A DNA stretch of 64,000 bases from assembly GCA_000146045.2 (NCBI GenBank), contig BK006941.2, positions 192,001 through 256,000 of the forward strand. The letters run 5' to 3'. Shown one piece after another: positions 53,643 to 63,662 of this stretch. A model generated the notes under the pieces. It ran no database searches, had not been told where the DNA came from, and saw nothing but the letters and a program-made list of their open reading frames with translations. The stretch is from TPA_inf: Saccharomyces. Its lineage: Eukaryota. The stretch's first letter is position 1. Each line of letters begins with the position of its first letter. The position numbers were made by a program, and so were the translations under genes.

Positions 53643-53680
<38 letters not shown>
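53642..53680. repeat. (CAA)13 perfect trinucleotide microsatellite, 36 bp upstream of the FLC3 ATG
   Basis: caacaacaa... x13 read directly. It lies in the 5' leader/promoter of FLC3, not in coding sequence. Confidence 0.95.
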
Positions 53681-53715
53681 ATAGTGGAGACTAGAAAAGT
53701 ATACCCCTCACAGGC

Positions 53716-56124
53716 ATGAGATTTCTTCAGGTTTATAAATCATCGGCATTAATTGGACTAATAATATTGTTAGCCAGTAAAGTAAATCTTGCAGAGGCAA
53801 AAAGGAAGCTGGTAGCCACATCATTGGTCACATGTATGGAAAACTCGCAGCTGTCAGCAAATAGTTTTGACGTTGTTTTCAATCCAGACGACAGGTCATT
53901 ACATTATGATCTTGATATGTCAACTCAAATTGATTCATATATTTTTGCTGATATTGATGTCTACGCATATGGTTTCAAGATCATTACTAAAAATGTCGAT
54001 CTTTGTTCAATCAACTGGAAACAGTTTTGCCCGGTTCACCCAGGTAATATTCAGATCGACTCTATTGAATACATCTCCAGTGAGTACGTAAATGAAATTC
54101 CTGGTATTGCATACCAAGTCCCCGATATCGACGCATATGCCAGGGTCAAGATCACCAACAATGTGAGCGAGTACCTAGCATGTATCCAAATATACTTCTC
54201 AAACGGTAAAACAGTTTCTCAGATTGGTGTAAAATGGGCAACTGCAGTGGTAGCGGGAATTGGTCTTTTACTATCTGCCATCTTATCCACTTTTGGGAAC
54301 TCTACCGCAGCCTCACATATTTCTGCCAACACAATGTCACTTTTCTTATACTTCCAATCTGTTGTCGTGGTTGCCATGCAACATGTTCATCGAGTTCCGC
54401 CTATTGCAGCCGCCTGGGCGGAAAACTTGGTTTGGTCAATGGGGTTAATTAGAATCTCATTCATGCAAAGGATTTTCCGGTGGTATGTGCAATCCACTGG
54501 TGGTACGCCTAGCTTATATCTGACTTCAACATCTATGTCTGTTTTGGCTCAAAGAAGTTGGCAATATTTGATGGAGCTCCCATTAATCAAAAGAGCTACC
54601 AATGTTTTGTATGGTAATGCAAATACATTAATTTTTAGAGGAATCAAAAGGCTAGGCTATAAAATGGGAATCGAAAATACGTCCATCGTTTGTACCGGTT
54701 TTACTTTCTTCGTCTTATGTGGATATGTGTTGGCTGGATTTATCATAGTATTCAAATGCTGTGTGGAGTTAGCCACCCGGTTAGGATGGATCCAAAAGGC
54801 AAGGTTTTGGGAATTCAGGAAACAATGGAGAATGATCTTAAAAGGTGCTCTTTTAAGATATATTTACATCGGTTTCGTTCAGTTAACAATTCTCAGTTTT
54901 TGGGAATTTACTGAAAGAGATTCACCTGCTGTTATCGTCATCGCATGCCTTTTTATTCTTTTGTCATGTGGGTTAATGCTTTGGGCTGCATGGAGGACTG
55001 TTTTTTTCGCAAGAAGATCTGTTGCATTGTACAACAACCCAGCAGCCTTATTGTATGGAGATGAATATGTCTTACACAAATACGGATTTTTCTATACAAT
55101 GTTCAATGCCAATCATTACTGGTGGAACATTGTTCTTTTATCCTACATTTTTGTAAAATCATTATTGGTTGGATTTGCTCAGGCTTCTGGTCAAACACAA
55201 GTTCTTTTCATGTTCATATTGGATTTGTTTTACTTCGTTGCTATTATCTACTATAAGCCCTATCTGGACCGTCCAACAAACATAATGAATATTTTAATTG
55301 CTACTGTTACTGTAGTTAATTCCTTTCTATTCATGTTTTTTTCGGACTTGTTTAACCAAAGCTACAAAGTGGCTGCTATTATGGGATGGATATTTTTCAT
55401 TATGAACGCTGCATTTTCGTTCATTTTACTAATGATGATATTGGCATTCGCTGGTATGATGCTTTTCTCAAAGAACCCCGATCTAAGATTTAAACCTGCT
55501 AAGGACGATAGAACTTCTTTCCAAAGGAACACTATGAAACCAGAAGGTACTGTTAATAGATCAGTAGCGAACGAGTTGCTTGCGTTGGGCAATGTGGCAA
55601 AAGACCATGACGACAATTCAGATTACGAATCAAATGATACTGGTGTGAATGATGAGCTAAAGCAAGCACAGGATGAAACCACTCCCACAACCGTAACATC
55701 AAGTGATGATAACAAGCCTACGTTTTCAGAGAAAATATTAAGTAAATTCTCTAGGCCTAAGAATGAAAACGCAAGCACAGATGCTCTGAGAGTTGAAGCT
55801 CCAAAACAACAAACGTTTCCTCACAACTTAACGAATCTTTCACGAGAAAACCTATCAACATTAGGCTCTAAACCTTATCCAGGACACACAAGATCACAGT
55901 CTGATGCGCATAATGGACTGATCAATTCCTTTGAAGAGGAAGATACAAGTTCAAATACCGATCCATTTCACGACTCCACTGAAGGAGACCTTTTAGATAC
56001 CTCAAGTTCGGACGGAGGATTTAGGTCGCAAAACTATGTTCGAGATGACAGCATAAATAGTTTGGGAAACAATAAACAACCACTGAGGAAACCCCCTGGA
56101 TTCTTCGATGAAGGATTTATGTGA
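53716..56124 (+). CDS. FLC3: FLC3, a putative FAD transporter of the TRP-like Flc family (802 aa)
   Basis: The ORF is 802 aa. It has an N-terminal signal peptide (MRFLQVYKSSALIGLIILLASKVNLAEA), a lumenal domain, a ~10-TM TRP-like core and a hydrophilic Ser/Asp-rich C-tail. Confidence 0.9.
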   Translation: MRFLQVYKSSALIGLIILLASKVNLAEAKRKLVATSLVTCMENSQLSANSFDVVFNPDDRSLHYDLDMSTQIDSYIFADIDVYAYGFKIITKNVDLCSINWKQFCPVHPGNIQIDSIEYISSEYVNEIPGIAYQVPDIDAYARVKITNNVSEYLACIQIYFSNGKTVSQIGVKWATAVVAGIGLLLSAILSTFGNSTAASHISANTMSLFLYFQSVVVVAMQHVHRVPPIAAAWAENLVWSMGLIRISFMQRIFRWYVQSTGGTPSLYLTSTSMSVLAQRSWQYLMELPLIKRATNVLYGNANTLIFRGIKRLGYKMGIENTSIVCTGFTFFVLCGYVLAGFIIVFKCCVELATRLGWIQKARFWEFRKQWRMILKGALLRYIYIGFVQLTILSFWEFTERDSPAVIVIACLFILLSCGLMLWAAWRTVFFARRSVALYNNPAALLYGDEYVLHKYGFFYTMFNANHYWWNIVLLSYIFVKSLLVGFAQASGQTQVLFMFILDLFYFVAIIYYKPYLDRPTNIMNILIATVTVVNSFLFMFFSDLFNQSYKVAAIMGWIFFIMNAAFSFILLMMILAFAGMMLFSKNPDLRFKPAKDDRTSFQRNTMKPEGTVNRSVANELLALGNVAKDHDDNSDYESNDTGVNDELKQAQDETTPTTVTSSDDNKPTFSEKILSKFSRPKNENASTDALRVEAPKQQTFPHNLTNLSRENLSTLGSKPYPGHTRSQSDAHNGLINSFEEEDTSSNTDPFHDSTEGDLLDTSSSDGGFRSQNYVRDDSINSLGNNKQPLRKPPGFFDEGFM

Positions 56125-56493
56125 GTCTTTACGATATACAAAAGTTCTGCTCCTATCATAAAAATTTTTAATTTTACAGGTTTTTCTCATTCTCCTTCTA
56201 ACCTTCTAAATTCTGTTTTTGTCAGAAGTTTCCCAAGTTTTCTTTTTCATTAATAACGTTAAAACACTTTGTACCAGTTTGCTTAATATGAATTTTTTTA
56301 AAATAGATAGCTTTTGTTATCTTTGTTTCTATGTTGTAATATCCCAGTTTGTCATATTTTTAATACTCCTCGTGTAACAACAAATTAAAAAAAAATAAAT
56401 ACTTAAATTAATCAAGTTAAATAAACTAATCGAATCAAACAAACAATTTATTATAAAATTATGTTTTTTCATGAATAGGAATGTGTAAGTTGT

Positions 56494-57531
56494 TCAGTTC
56501 TTAAGAGGTATCTTATTTTTTAACATCTTTGAGATCTTCCTCCTCAAATATTTCCTTCTTGTAATATTTCCACTATTAGAGTTTCTATTATGTGCGGCTA
56601 TCGCTCTTATTAGTGCATCATGAGGCCTTTCTATGTTTTGCGCAATCCGATTTATTGTACGGTCTAGTTTTTCATGAAAATTCGGGACATTTTCATTCCC
56701 AGAGCTATCATATTGCTCCATAGGATTTATTTCGTTTATCCAAGACATTTCTTTGTTTTTAAACTTTCTTAAGTTTTTATAGCTCTTCCAAAACTCCGAA
56801 GTTAAGGATTTATATTCCAATTCGTTTGATATGTTCTTATCTGAATGGATGAGCATCTCATATTTGGACATAGGAATACTTAACGAATGTAGATAAGGTA
56901 CCACCTTGGTGATTCTTCCTTTAATTGACCAAGATATTTTGTAATCTCTAATATCATCAGAAATAATAGGCGTTAATGGAATAGTTTCAAAATTGTTCTG
57001 AGTGGGGGGATGCGTCTTTGAAGAATTGCAAACAAATACGAATCCAACAAATTTATTAGGAAAGTAAAGGGTTACATTACGCTGTGTATATTTCTGCACC
57101 CTTGCAAACTTGAAACATACTGAGCTGTTTTGGGAGATAGTATCATCCTCCTGGGCTGGAATGCATAGTGGTTCTGCCCAATCTAAATCCTTTTGAAAGG
57201 GTAGAATATGATTCCAAATTGGCTTTCCTCCTTTACAAAAGGTCACTTGAAGAAAATTATTGATTTGCAAGGGCGCTACCTGGTATTCATATTGTTTTTC
57301 AATTACAAAGCCTGTGTACAAAGTACTTTGTTTTTTGTATTGTTCGTACTCCTGCTTCAAGTTCTGTAACTTGTCACCTTTAAGAACATTTAAGAAGAAC
57401 TCTGTCTGGAAATTTTGGTCTTCGAACTTACACACATCATGTCCAGGAAATGAACTTTTTCCTTGAACGAAAGTGCTCTTAAATAAGGTGTACGTTATAA
57501 AAAAGAAGAAAAATTCTAAAAAGTTGTACAT
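56494..57531 (-). CDS. YGL138C: YGL138C, a protein of unknown function (345 aa)
   Basis: The ORF is 345 aa. It has a hydrophobic N-terminus (MYNFLEFFFFFITYTLFKSTFVQG) resembling a signal peptide. I recognise no catalytic motifs. Confidence 0.75.
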   Translation of the reverse strand: MYNFLEFFFFFITYTLFKSTFVQGKSSFPGHDVCKFEDQNFQTEFFLNVLKGDKLQNLKQEYEQYKKQSTLYTGFVIEKQYEYQVAPLQINNFLQVTFCKGGKPIWNHILPFQKDLDWAEPLCIPAQEDDTISQNSSVCFKFARVQKYTQRNVTLYFPNKFVGFVFVCNSSKTHPPTQNNFETIPLTPIISDDIRDYKISWSIKGRITKVVPYLHSLSIPMSKYEMLIHSDKNISNELEYKSLTSEFWKSYKNLRKFKNKEMSWINEINPMEQYDSSGNENVPNFHEKLDRTINRIAQNIERPHDALIRAIAAHNRNSNSGNITRRKYLRRKISKMLKNKIPLKN

Positions 57532-57716
57532 TCATCCGAGGAGCACTTTGGATATTATAATCTATTTTTAGTTTTGTTGCTTTGTATTGAGCTGTATAAA
57601 AATCATTAGATCCACATTACTAATTATTGAATATGGACAATAATATCAAATATATTATTATCAAATTGATTATTTTGTGACGCGGCGTCAAATTTTAATC
57701 GCGTCTGACGAATGAG

Positions 57717-57723
57717 CGGGTAA
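57717..57723. promoter_or_regulatory. Candidate Reb1 site CGGGTAA, ~146 bp upstream of SEC27
   Basis: Exact CGGGTAA heptamer in the YGL138C-SEC27 divergent intergenic region. It is adjacent to a GC-rich near-palindrome GACGCGGCGTC (57680..57690). Confidence 0.35.
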
Positions 57724-57868
57724 TAAACTGTCTTTTTTTCATGAATGAATCGAGCTGGCATTAGGAACATGTCGTGTAAGATTTGGGAGTAAATAACAGA
57801 AAGCTGCAATAAATGGTAGCTTGTAATGGTGAATTAAGACACCCAATCGAAACAATTATACGGACACG

Positions 57869-60738
57869 ATGAAGTTGGATATAAAGGTATGTTACCAGAG
57901 CGCGTTTTGCCAATGCAATTGCGAACAAGCTCCGACAACTCCTATGATTAGGAAATGATCTCGTTCGCGAAGAATACAAAGCCTGCAAAAAGCAAACATT
58001 AAGATTAGTTACTAACAGGAAGATTTTTGAAATAAATGCATTTGCTCTTGGCATTTCCTTTATTTGACACTGTACATTTATGATAGAAAACTTTTAGTAA
58101 TAGATCCGATCGAGTTAAAGGTATCGATTTCCATCCTACTGAGCCATGGGTTTTGACTACCTTGTACTCTGGTCGTGTTGAGCTTTGGAATTACGAAACA
58201 CAAGTTGAAGTTAGATCCATCCAAGTTACGGAAACTCCTGTTAGAGCAGGTAAATTCATTGCAAGAAAGAATTGGATAATTGTTGGGAGTGATGATTTCA
58301 GGATCAGAGTCTTCAACTACAATACAGGTGAAAAAGTTGTTGATTTCGAAGCTCATCCAGACTATATCCGTTCCATTGCTGTACATCCAACAAAGCCTTA
58401 TGTTTTATCCGGCAGTGATGATTTGACAGTCAAACTATGGAATTGGGAAAATAACTGGGCCTTAGAACAAACTTTTGAAGGTCACGAACACTTTGTCATG
58501 TGCGTCGCATTCAATCCAAAGGATCCTAGTACGTTTGCATCTGGGTGTTTGGACCGAACCGTTAAAGTTTGGTCATTGGGACAATCGACACCAAATTTCA
58601 CGTTAACCACAGGACAAGAAAGAGGTGTGAATTATGTTGATTATTACCCGCTACCTGACAAGCCTTATATGATTACTGCGTCGGACGACTTAACCATCAA
58701 AATTTGGGATTACCAAACGAAGTCATGTGTAGCCACTCTAGAAGGTCACATGTCCAATGTTTCTTTTGCTGTTTTCCATCCAACTTTACCCATTATAATT
58801 TCTGGTTCCGAAGATGGCACTTTAAAGATATGGAATTCTTCCACTTACAAGGTAGAAAAGACTTTAAACGTTGGTTTAGAAAGAAGTTGGTGTATCGCTA
58901 CCCATCCAACAGGACGTAAAAACTACATTGCATCCGGGTTTGATAATGGGTTTACCGTACTTTCCTTGGGAAATGATGAACCAACTTTATCACTTGACCC
59001 TGTCGGTAAGCTAGTATGGTCAGGTGGCAAAAATGCCGCAGCTTCAGACATTTTCACTGCCGTCATAAGAGGTAACGAAGAAGTTGAACAAGATGAACCA
59101 TTATCTTTACAAACTAAGGAGCTGGGTTCCGTTGATGTTTTCCCTCAATCTTTAGCCCATTCTCCAAATGGTAGGTTTGTTACAGTTGTTGGGGATGGTG
59201 AATACGTTATTTATACGGCGTTGGCTTGGAGAAACAAAGCCTTCGGTAAATGTCAAGACTTTGTTTGGGGCCCCGACTCCAATAGTTATGCTTTAATTGA
59301 TGAAACTGGGCAAATTAAATACTACAAAAACTTTAAAGAAGTCACATCATGGTCTGTCCCAATGCATTCTGCTATTGATAGATTATTTTCAGGTGCCTTG
59401 TTGGGTGTGAAGTCTGATGGCTTCGTCTATTTCTTCGATTGGGACAACGGTACGCTAGTTAGAAGAATTGATGTTAATGCTAAGGATGTCATTTGGTCCG
59501 ATAACGGTGAGCTGGTGATGATTGTCAACACCAATAGTAATGGTGATGAAGCAAGTGGTTACACATTATTATTCAACAAGGATGCTTACCTTGAAGCAGC
59601 AAATAATGGCAATATCGACGATTCAGAAGGTGTTGATGAGGCTTTTGACGTATTGTATGAACTAAGTGAATCCATTACATCAGGCAAATGGGTTGGTGAT
59701 GTCTTTATCTTTACCACAGCAACTAACAGGCTGAACTACTTCGTAGGTGGAAAGACTTATAATTTAGCCCATTACACAAAGGAAATGTATCTATTGGGCT
59801 ATCTAGCACGTGATAATAAAGTATATTTAGCTGACAGAGAGGTCCATGTTTATGGTTACGAAATATCTCTAGAGGTGCTGGAGTTCCAAACATTGACTTT
59901 AAGAGGGGAAATTGAAGAAGCCATTGAAAATGTACTCCCAAATGTTGAGGGTAAGGACTCTTTAACAAAAATTGCTAGATTTCTGGAAGGTCAAGAGTAT
60001 TATGAAGAAGCACTGAATATTTCCCCTGATCAAGATCAAAAATTTGAGCTAGCCTTAAAAGTCGGCCAACTTACGCTTGCTCGCGATTTGTTGACAGATG
60101 AAAGCGCCGAAATGAAATGGAGAGCCTTGGGTGATGCTTCCTTACAAAGGTTCAATTTTAAACTTGCTGTTGAAGCTTTCACAAATGCACATGATCTAGA
60201 ATCTTTATTTCTATTGCACTCATCTTTTAATAACAAGGAGGGGTTGGTCACTTTAGCTAAAGATGCTGAAAGGGCCGGTAAATTCAATTTGGCTTTTAAT
60301 GCATATTGGATCGCTGGCGATATACAAGGCGCTAAAGATCTTTTAATCAAGTCTCAAAGGTTTTCCGAAGCCGCTTTCCTTGGATCAACATACGGTTTAG
60401 GAGATGATGCAGTCAACGATATTGTTACAAAATGGAAGGAAAATTTGATACTCAACGGTAAGAATACTGTATCAGAAAGAGTTTGTGGGGCCGAAGGTTT
60501 ACCAGGCTCTTCGAGTTCAGGAGATGCCCAACCACTCATTGACTTAGATTCCACTCCAGCCCCAGAACAAGCTGACGAAAACAAAGAAGCTGAAGTTGAG
60601 GACAGCGAGTTTAAAGAATCCAACTCAGAGGCAGTTGAAGCCGAAAAAAAAGAAGAGGAAGCTCCCCAGCAACAACAATCAGAACAACAGCCGGAGCAAG
60701 GAGAGGCAGTGCCGGAGCCTGTGGAAGAAGAGAGTTAA
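57869..60738 (+). CDS. SEC27: SEC27, the beta' subunit of the COPI coatomer, a WD40 protein (889 aa). Two exons: 57869..57886 and 58087..60738.
   Basis: Exon 1 is ATGAAGTTGGATATAAAG (MKLDIK). After the intron, exon 2 continues KTFSNRSDRVKGIDFHPTEPWVLTTLYSGRVELW... in frame. The ORF-track piece 58153..60738 is the intronless remainder. The spliced product is 889 aa with WD40 repeats and an acidic/Gln-rich tail. Confidence 0.92.
57887..58086 (+). other. SEC27 spliceosomal intron (200 nt): 5'ss GTATGT, branchpoint TACTAAC (58010..58016), 3'ss AG at 58085..58086
   Basis: The canonical yeast intron signals were read directly. The first AG at a usable distance after the branchpoint is 58085..58086. 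Splicing restores the frame with the downstream WD40 ORF. Confidence 0.9.
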
Positions 60739-60896
60739 CCACCTCATAGAAAGACAAATAAAGAACTAATCAACGAATGAGAAAACATCTTTAATGGATG
60801 GTAAACATATATATATACAGATGTACACTTTTTATTTTTATTGCGATAGGTGTGAAAATGAACGTGACTTGAAACTTTGCGCGCAAACAAATCATA

Positions 60897-61859
60897 TTAT
60901 GAATTACTAAACACGTCCAGTTTATCTACATTTCTTTTCTTCTTTAATCCGATATAATAGGTCTCCTTTGATTCGTCTCTAGAAGCGTCAGGCTTGAACT
61001 TATGAACGTTAGTGAAAACTGCCTGCATTCTTTTTTTAAATAGGTTTTCTTCTTCGCCGGTGTATAGTTTACAAACAAACGAACCTAATGGCCGTAATAA
61101 ATCTATAGCCGTAACTAAGGCTGCGTCACATAAATCAATAGATTGGTAATGGTCTCTTATACTGACACCAGATGTATTAGCCATCCTAAAATAAGCTTGA
61201 TTAGTAATGTTGTTCCAAAAACCGGTTGTTTGGGGCCAGGGTTCATACATATCACTTATAATCACATCAACTGGGAATTTTTCTCGTTCTATTAGGGTAC
61301 TATTCGTATTCGGAGTTTCATAAATGTCATCAGAGGTGAAAATTTCACGGTACAATTCAGTATCTTTCACATGGGTTAGCTCCTCCTCGAGCATGTTCTG
61401 GAAATAGCCATGGTCCTTATGCAAATCATCGTGTCTGTTCAATTGGAAATGCTTAGAAAAAAAGAGCCGTATAAGATCATGAGTTCTTTTGGCCAATATA
61501 TTAGCTTGAATAGAGTTCACACCATGCGGAGGTTCACAAGGGAGAATGTCAACGCCCAGTATCATTGAATTAGGTGAACTTCTTTGCCGTGCTACTTGGG
61601 ACCAAGCCCCAGGGGCATACCCAAGATCTAGAATTCTCTGATCGGTCCTGTTTTTGCTAAAAAGCCGATATTTATCATCAATCTGCATAAGCTTGAATGC
61701 GGCTCTAGACCTCAGATTTTGGACCTTGGCCTCTTTTGTGTAGGGATCCTTCAGTTGTCTATTCAGCCATCTGTTTTGTGAGTTAGAATTATACCGTACA
61801 TGTATTCGACCTAAAGAAGACGATATTATACTCCTGATACGATTGTACACTAAAATCAT
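60897..61859 (-). CDS. MRM2: MRM2, the mitochondrial 21S rRNA 2'-O-ribose methyltransferase (FtsJ/RrmJ family) (320 aa)
   Basis: The ORF is 320 aa with an FtsJ-type SAM-binding region (ILDLGYAPGAWSQV) and the conserved K-D-K-E catalytic context. Confidence 0.9.
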   Translation of the reverse strand: MILVYNRIRSIISSSLGRIHVRYNSNSQNRWLNRQLKDPYTKEAKVQNLRSRAAFKLMQIDDKYRLFSKNRTDQRILDLGYAPGAWSQVARQRSSPNSMILGVDILPCEPPHGVNSIQANILAKRTHDLIRLFFSKHFQLNRHDDLHKDHGYFQNMLEEELTHVKDTELYREIFTSDDIYETPNTNSTLIEREKFPVDVIISDMYEPWPQTTGFWNNITNQAYFRMANTSGVSIRDHYQSIDLCDAALVTAIDLLRPLGSFVCKLYTGEEENLFKKRMQAVFTNVHKFKPDASRDESKETYYIGLKKKRNVDKLDVFSNS

Positions 61860-62329
61860 GCTGTAATTTTCCCGTCAGTATGTGTAGTCATTACTTCAAA
61901 CCTCGGATAAGCCCATCTTGATGGCTACGACTTCCATCTATATCAGAGGCTGACATTTTTCTCTCATTGACGGAGACGCCCTTTAACCGGACCTGATCAT
62001 TTTTAAAAGAACGCCAGTAAAAGAGATCTTACAAATACCAGAGAAACGGTATTGAACCTTCTTCTTTGATTAGAACAAATTACTTGATCTTCTTTTTTAA
62101 AAAAGAACTGAAAAATCAAAAACGATACATGAAGATGGTATGTAAGTTAGCTAAATAACTTGCTTAATTTCAAGAAAGGGGACTGTAAAAAATTCAGTTT
62201 ACTCTACCATTATCTCCATTAACATATCAACTTTTAGATCGCAATGAAGAAGACTGCGTTCATAAACCTTACCTCATAAGGCCAAACAGCTATCAGCTTT
62301 TGGCAAAAGTTGAATACGGACATTTTTGA

Positions 62330-62360
62330 ACCCATACATCTTTCAATATGCACGGGTGCA
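62330..62360. promoter_or_regulatory. Tandem Rap1 sites in the RPL1B promoter: ACCCATACAT (62330..62339) and, on the reverse strand, TGCACCCGTGCAT (62348..62360). A T-rich tract follows at 62380..62410.
   Basis: The first site matches the core of the RP-gene Rap1 consensus ACACCCATACATTT perfectly. A second degenerate copy lies ~10 bp away. Both are ~290-310 bp upstream of the RPL1B ATG, followed by poly(dT). This is the canonical ribosomal-protein promoter layout. Confidence 0.5.
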
Positions 62361-62640
62361 ACCTCAAATATTTAAAGTTTTTTTTTCCTGAAACTTTTTT
62401 TTCGCACACAATAATGCCATAGACATCTTTTGGCCTCAGATTGGAAAGTCCGAGGAAGAAAGACGCAATCAATGGGAAGAGTGTTGTATTTGGATTAAGA
62501 TATGTAAGTACATCTTCGCAGCACTTCTTGAGCATTACGTTATTTGGTAACCTCTTGAAGTTTCAGGAAAGACTCCATAGAACTAGTCGCAAGCCTCACG
62601 GACCACCAAATACTTTGGAAGACTAATTACATATCATAAA

Positions 62641-63294
62641 ATGTCTAAGATCACCTCTTCTCAAGTCAGAGAACACGTCAAGGAATTGTTGAAGTATTCC
62701 AACGAAACCAAGAAGAGAAACTTCTTGGAAACCGTCGAACTACAAGTCGGTTTGAAGAACTATGACCCTCAAAGAGACAAGCGTTTCTCTGGTTCTTTGA
62801 AGTTGCCAAACTGTCCAAGACCAAACATGTCCATCTGTATCTTCGGTGATGCTTTCGATGTTGACAGAGCTAAGTCTTGCGGTGTTGACGCTATGTCCGT
62901 CGATGACTTGAAGAAGTTGAACAAGAACAAGAAGTTAATCAAGAAGTTGTCTAAGAAGTACAACGCTTTCATTGCTTCCGAAGTTTTGATCAAGCAAGTT
63001 CCAAGACTATTGGGTCCTCAATTGTCCAAGGCTGGTAAGTTCCCAACCCCAGTTTCTCACAACGATGACTTGTACGGTAAGGTCACTGATGTCAGATCTA
63101 CCATCAAGTTCCAATTGAAGAAGGTCTTGTGTTTGGCTGTTGCCGTTGGTAACGTTGAAATGGAAGAAGACGTTTTGGTTAACCAAATCTTGATGTCTGT
63201 TAACTTCTTTGTTTCTTTGTTGAAGAAGAACTGGCAAAATGTTGGTTCCTTGGTTGTTAAGTCCTCCATGGGTCCAGCTTTCAGATTGTACTAA
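62641..63294 (+). CDS. RPL1B: RPL1B, ribosomal 60S subunit protein L1B (uL1) (217 aa)
   Basis: The ORF is 217 aa ([28 protein letters not shown]). Optimal-codon usage is extreme (aag/ttg/gtt/aac). Confidence 0.95.
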
Positions 63295-63662
63295 TCACTT
63301 CCGAGCGATTAATACATATCTCCATCTTTTTAAATACCTTTTTTAATACGTATGACTCTAAGTAGTAAAAGTATTATGCATAGTTTTAGCCAGATATTTT
63401 TGGGCCCGGAATATATCTTTTCGGGAAGCTCGGAGTATATTGCACCGATCCGATTCTTACTCCATATCATGCCATTTTTCTTTCCTTTCTCAGCGATGTT
63501 TTGTAGGAAATCACTTAGAACTTGCCTTACTTTAAAAGCATGTTGAGTGAATTTCACAGATCGATATGCTTTGGTGTTCAATCAGTTCAACCATACCTGC
63601 TATTATATAATCTTCGACTCGCATAATATAGGTATTCCATGCGCAAATAGATTACTTGCAAA

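Noticed and set aside
62293-62535. 80-aa '-' ORF in the MRM2/RPL1B divergent promoter
   Set aside because: It overlaps the Rap1 sites and T-tracts of the RPL1B promoter. There is no coding signal.
62520-62590. Intron-like GTAAGT ... TTTCAG in the RPL1B 5' leader
   Set aside because: There is no TACTAAC branchpoint between them, and GTAAGT is a rare yeast 5' splice site. RPL1B is intronless, as far as I recall, and the ATG at 62641 gives the complete L1 protein.
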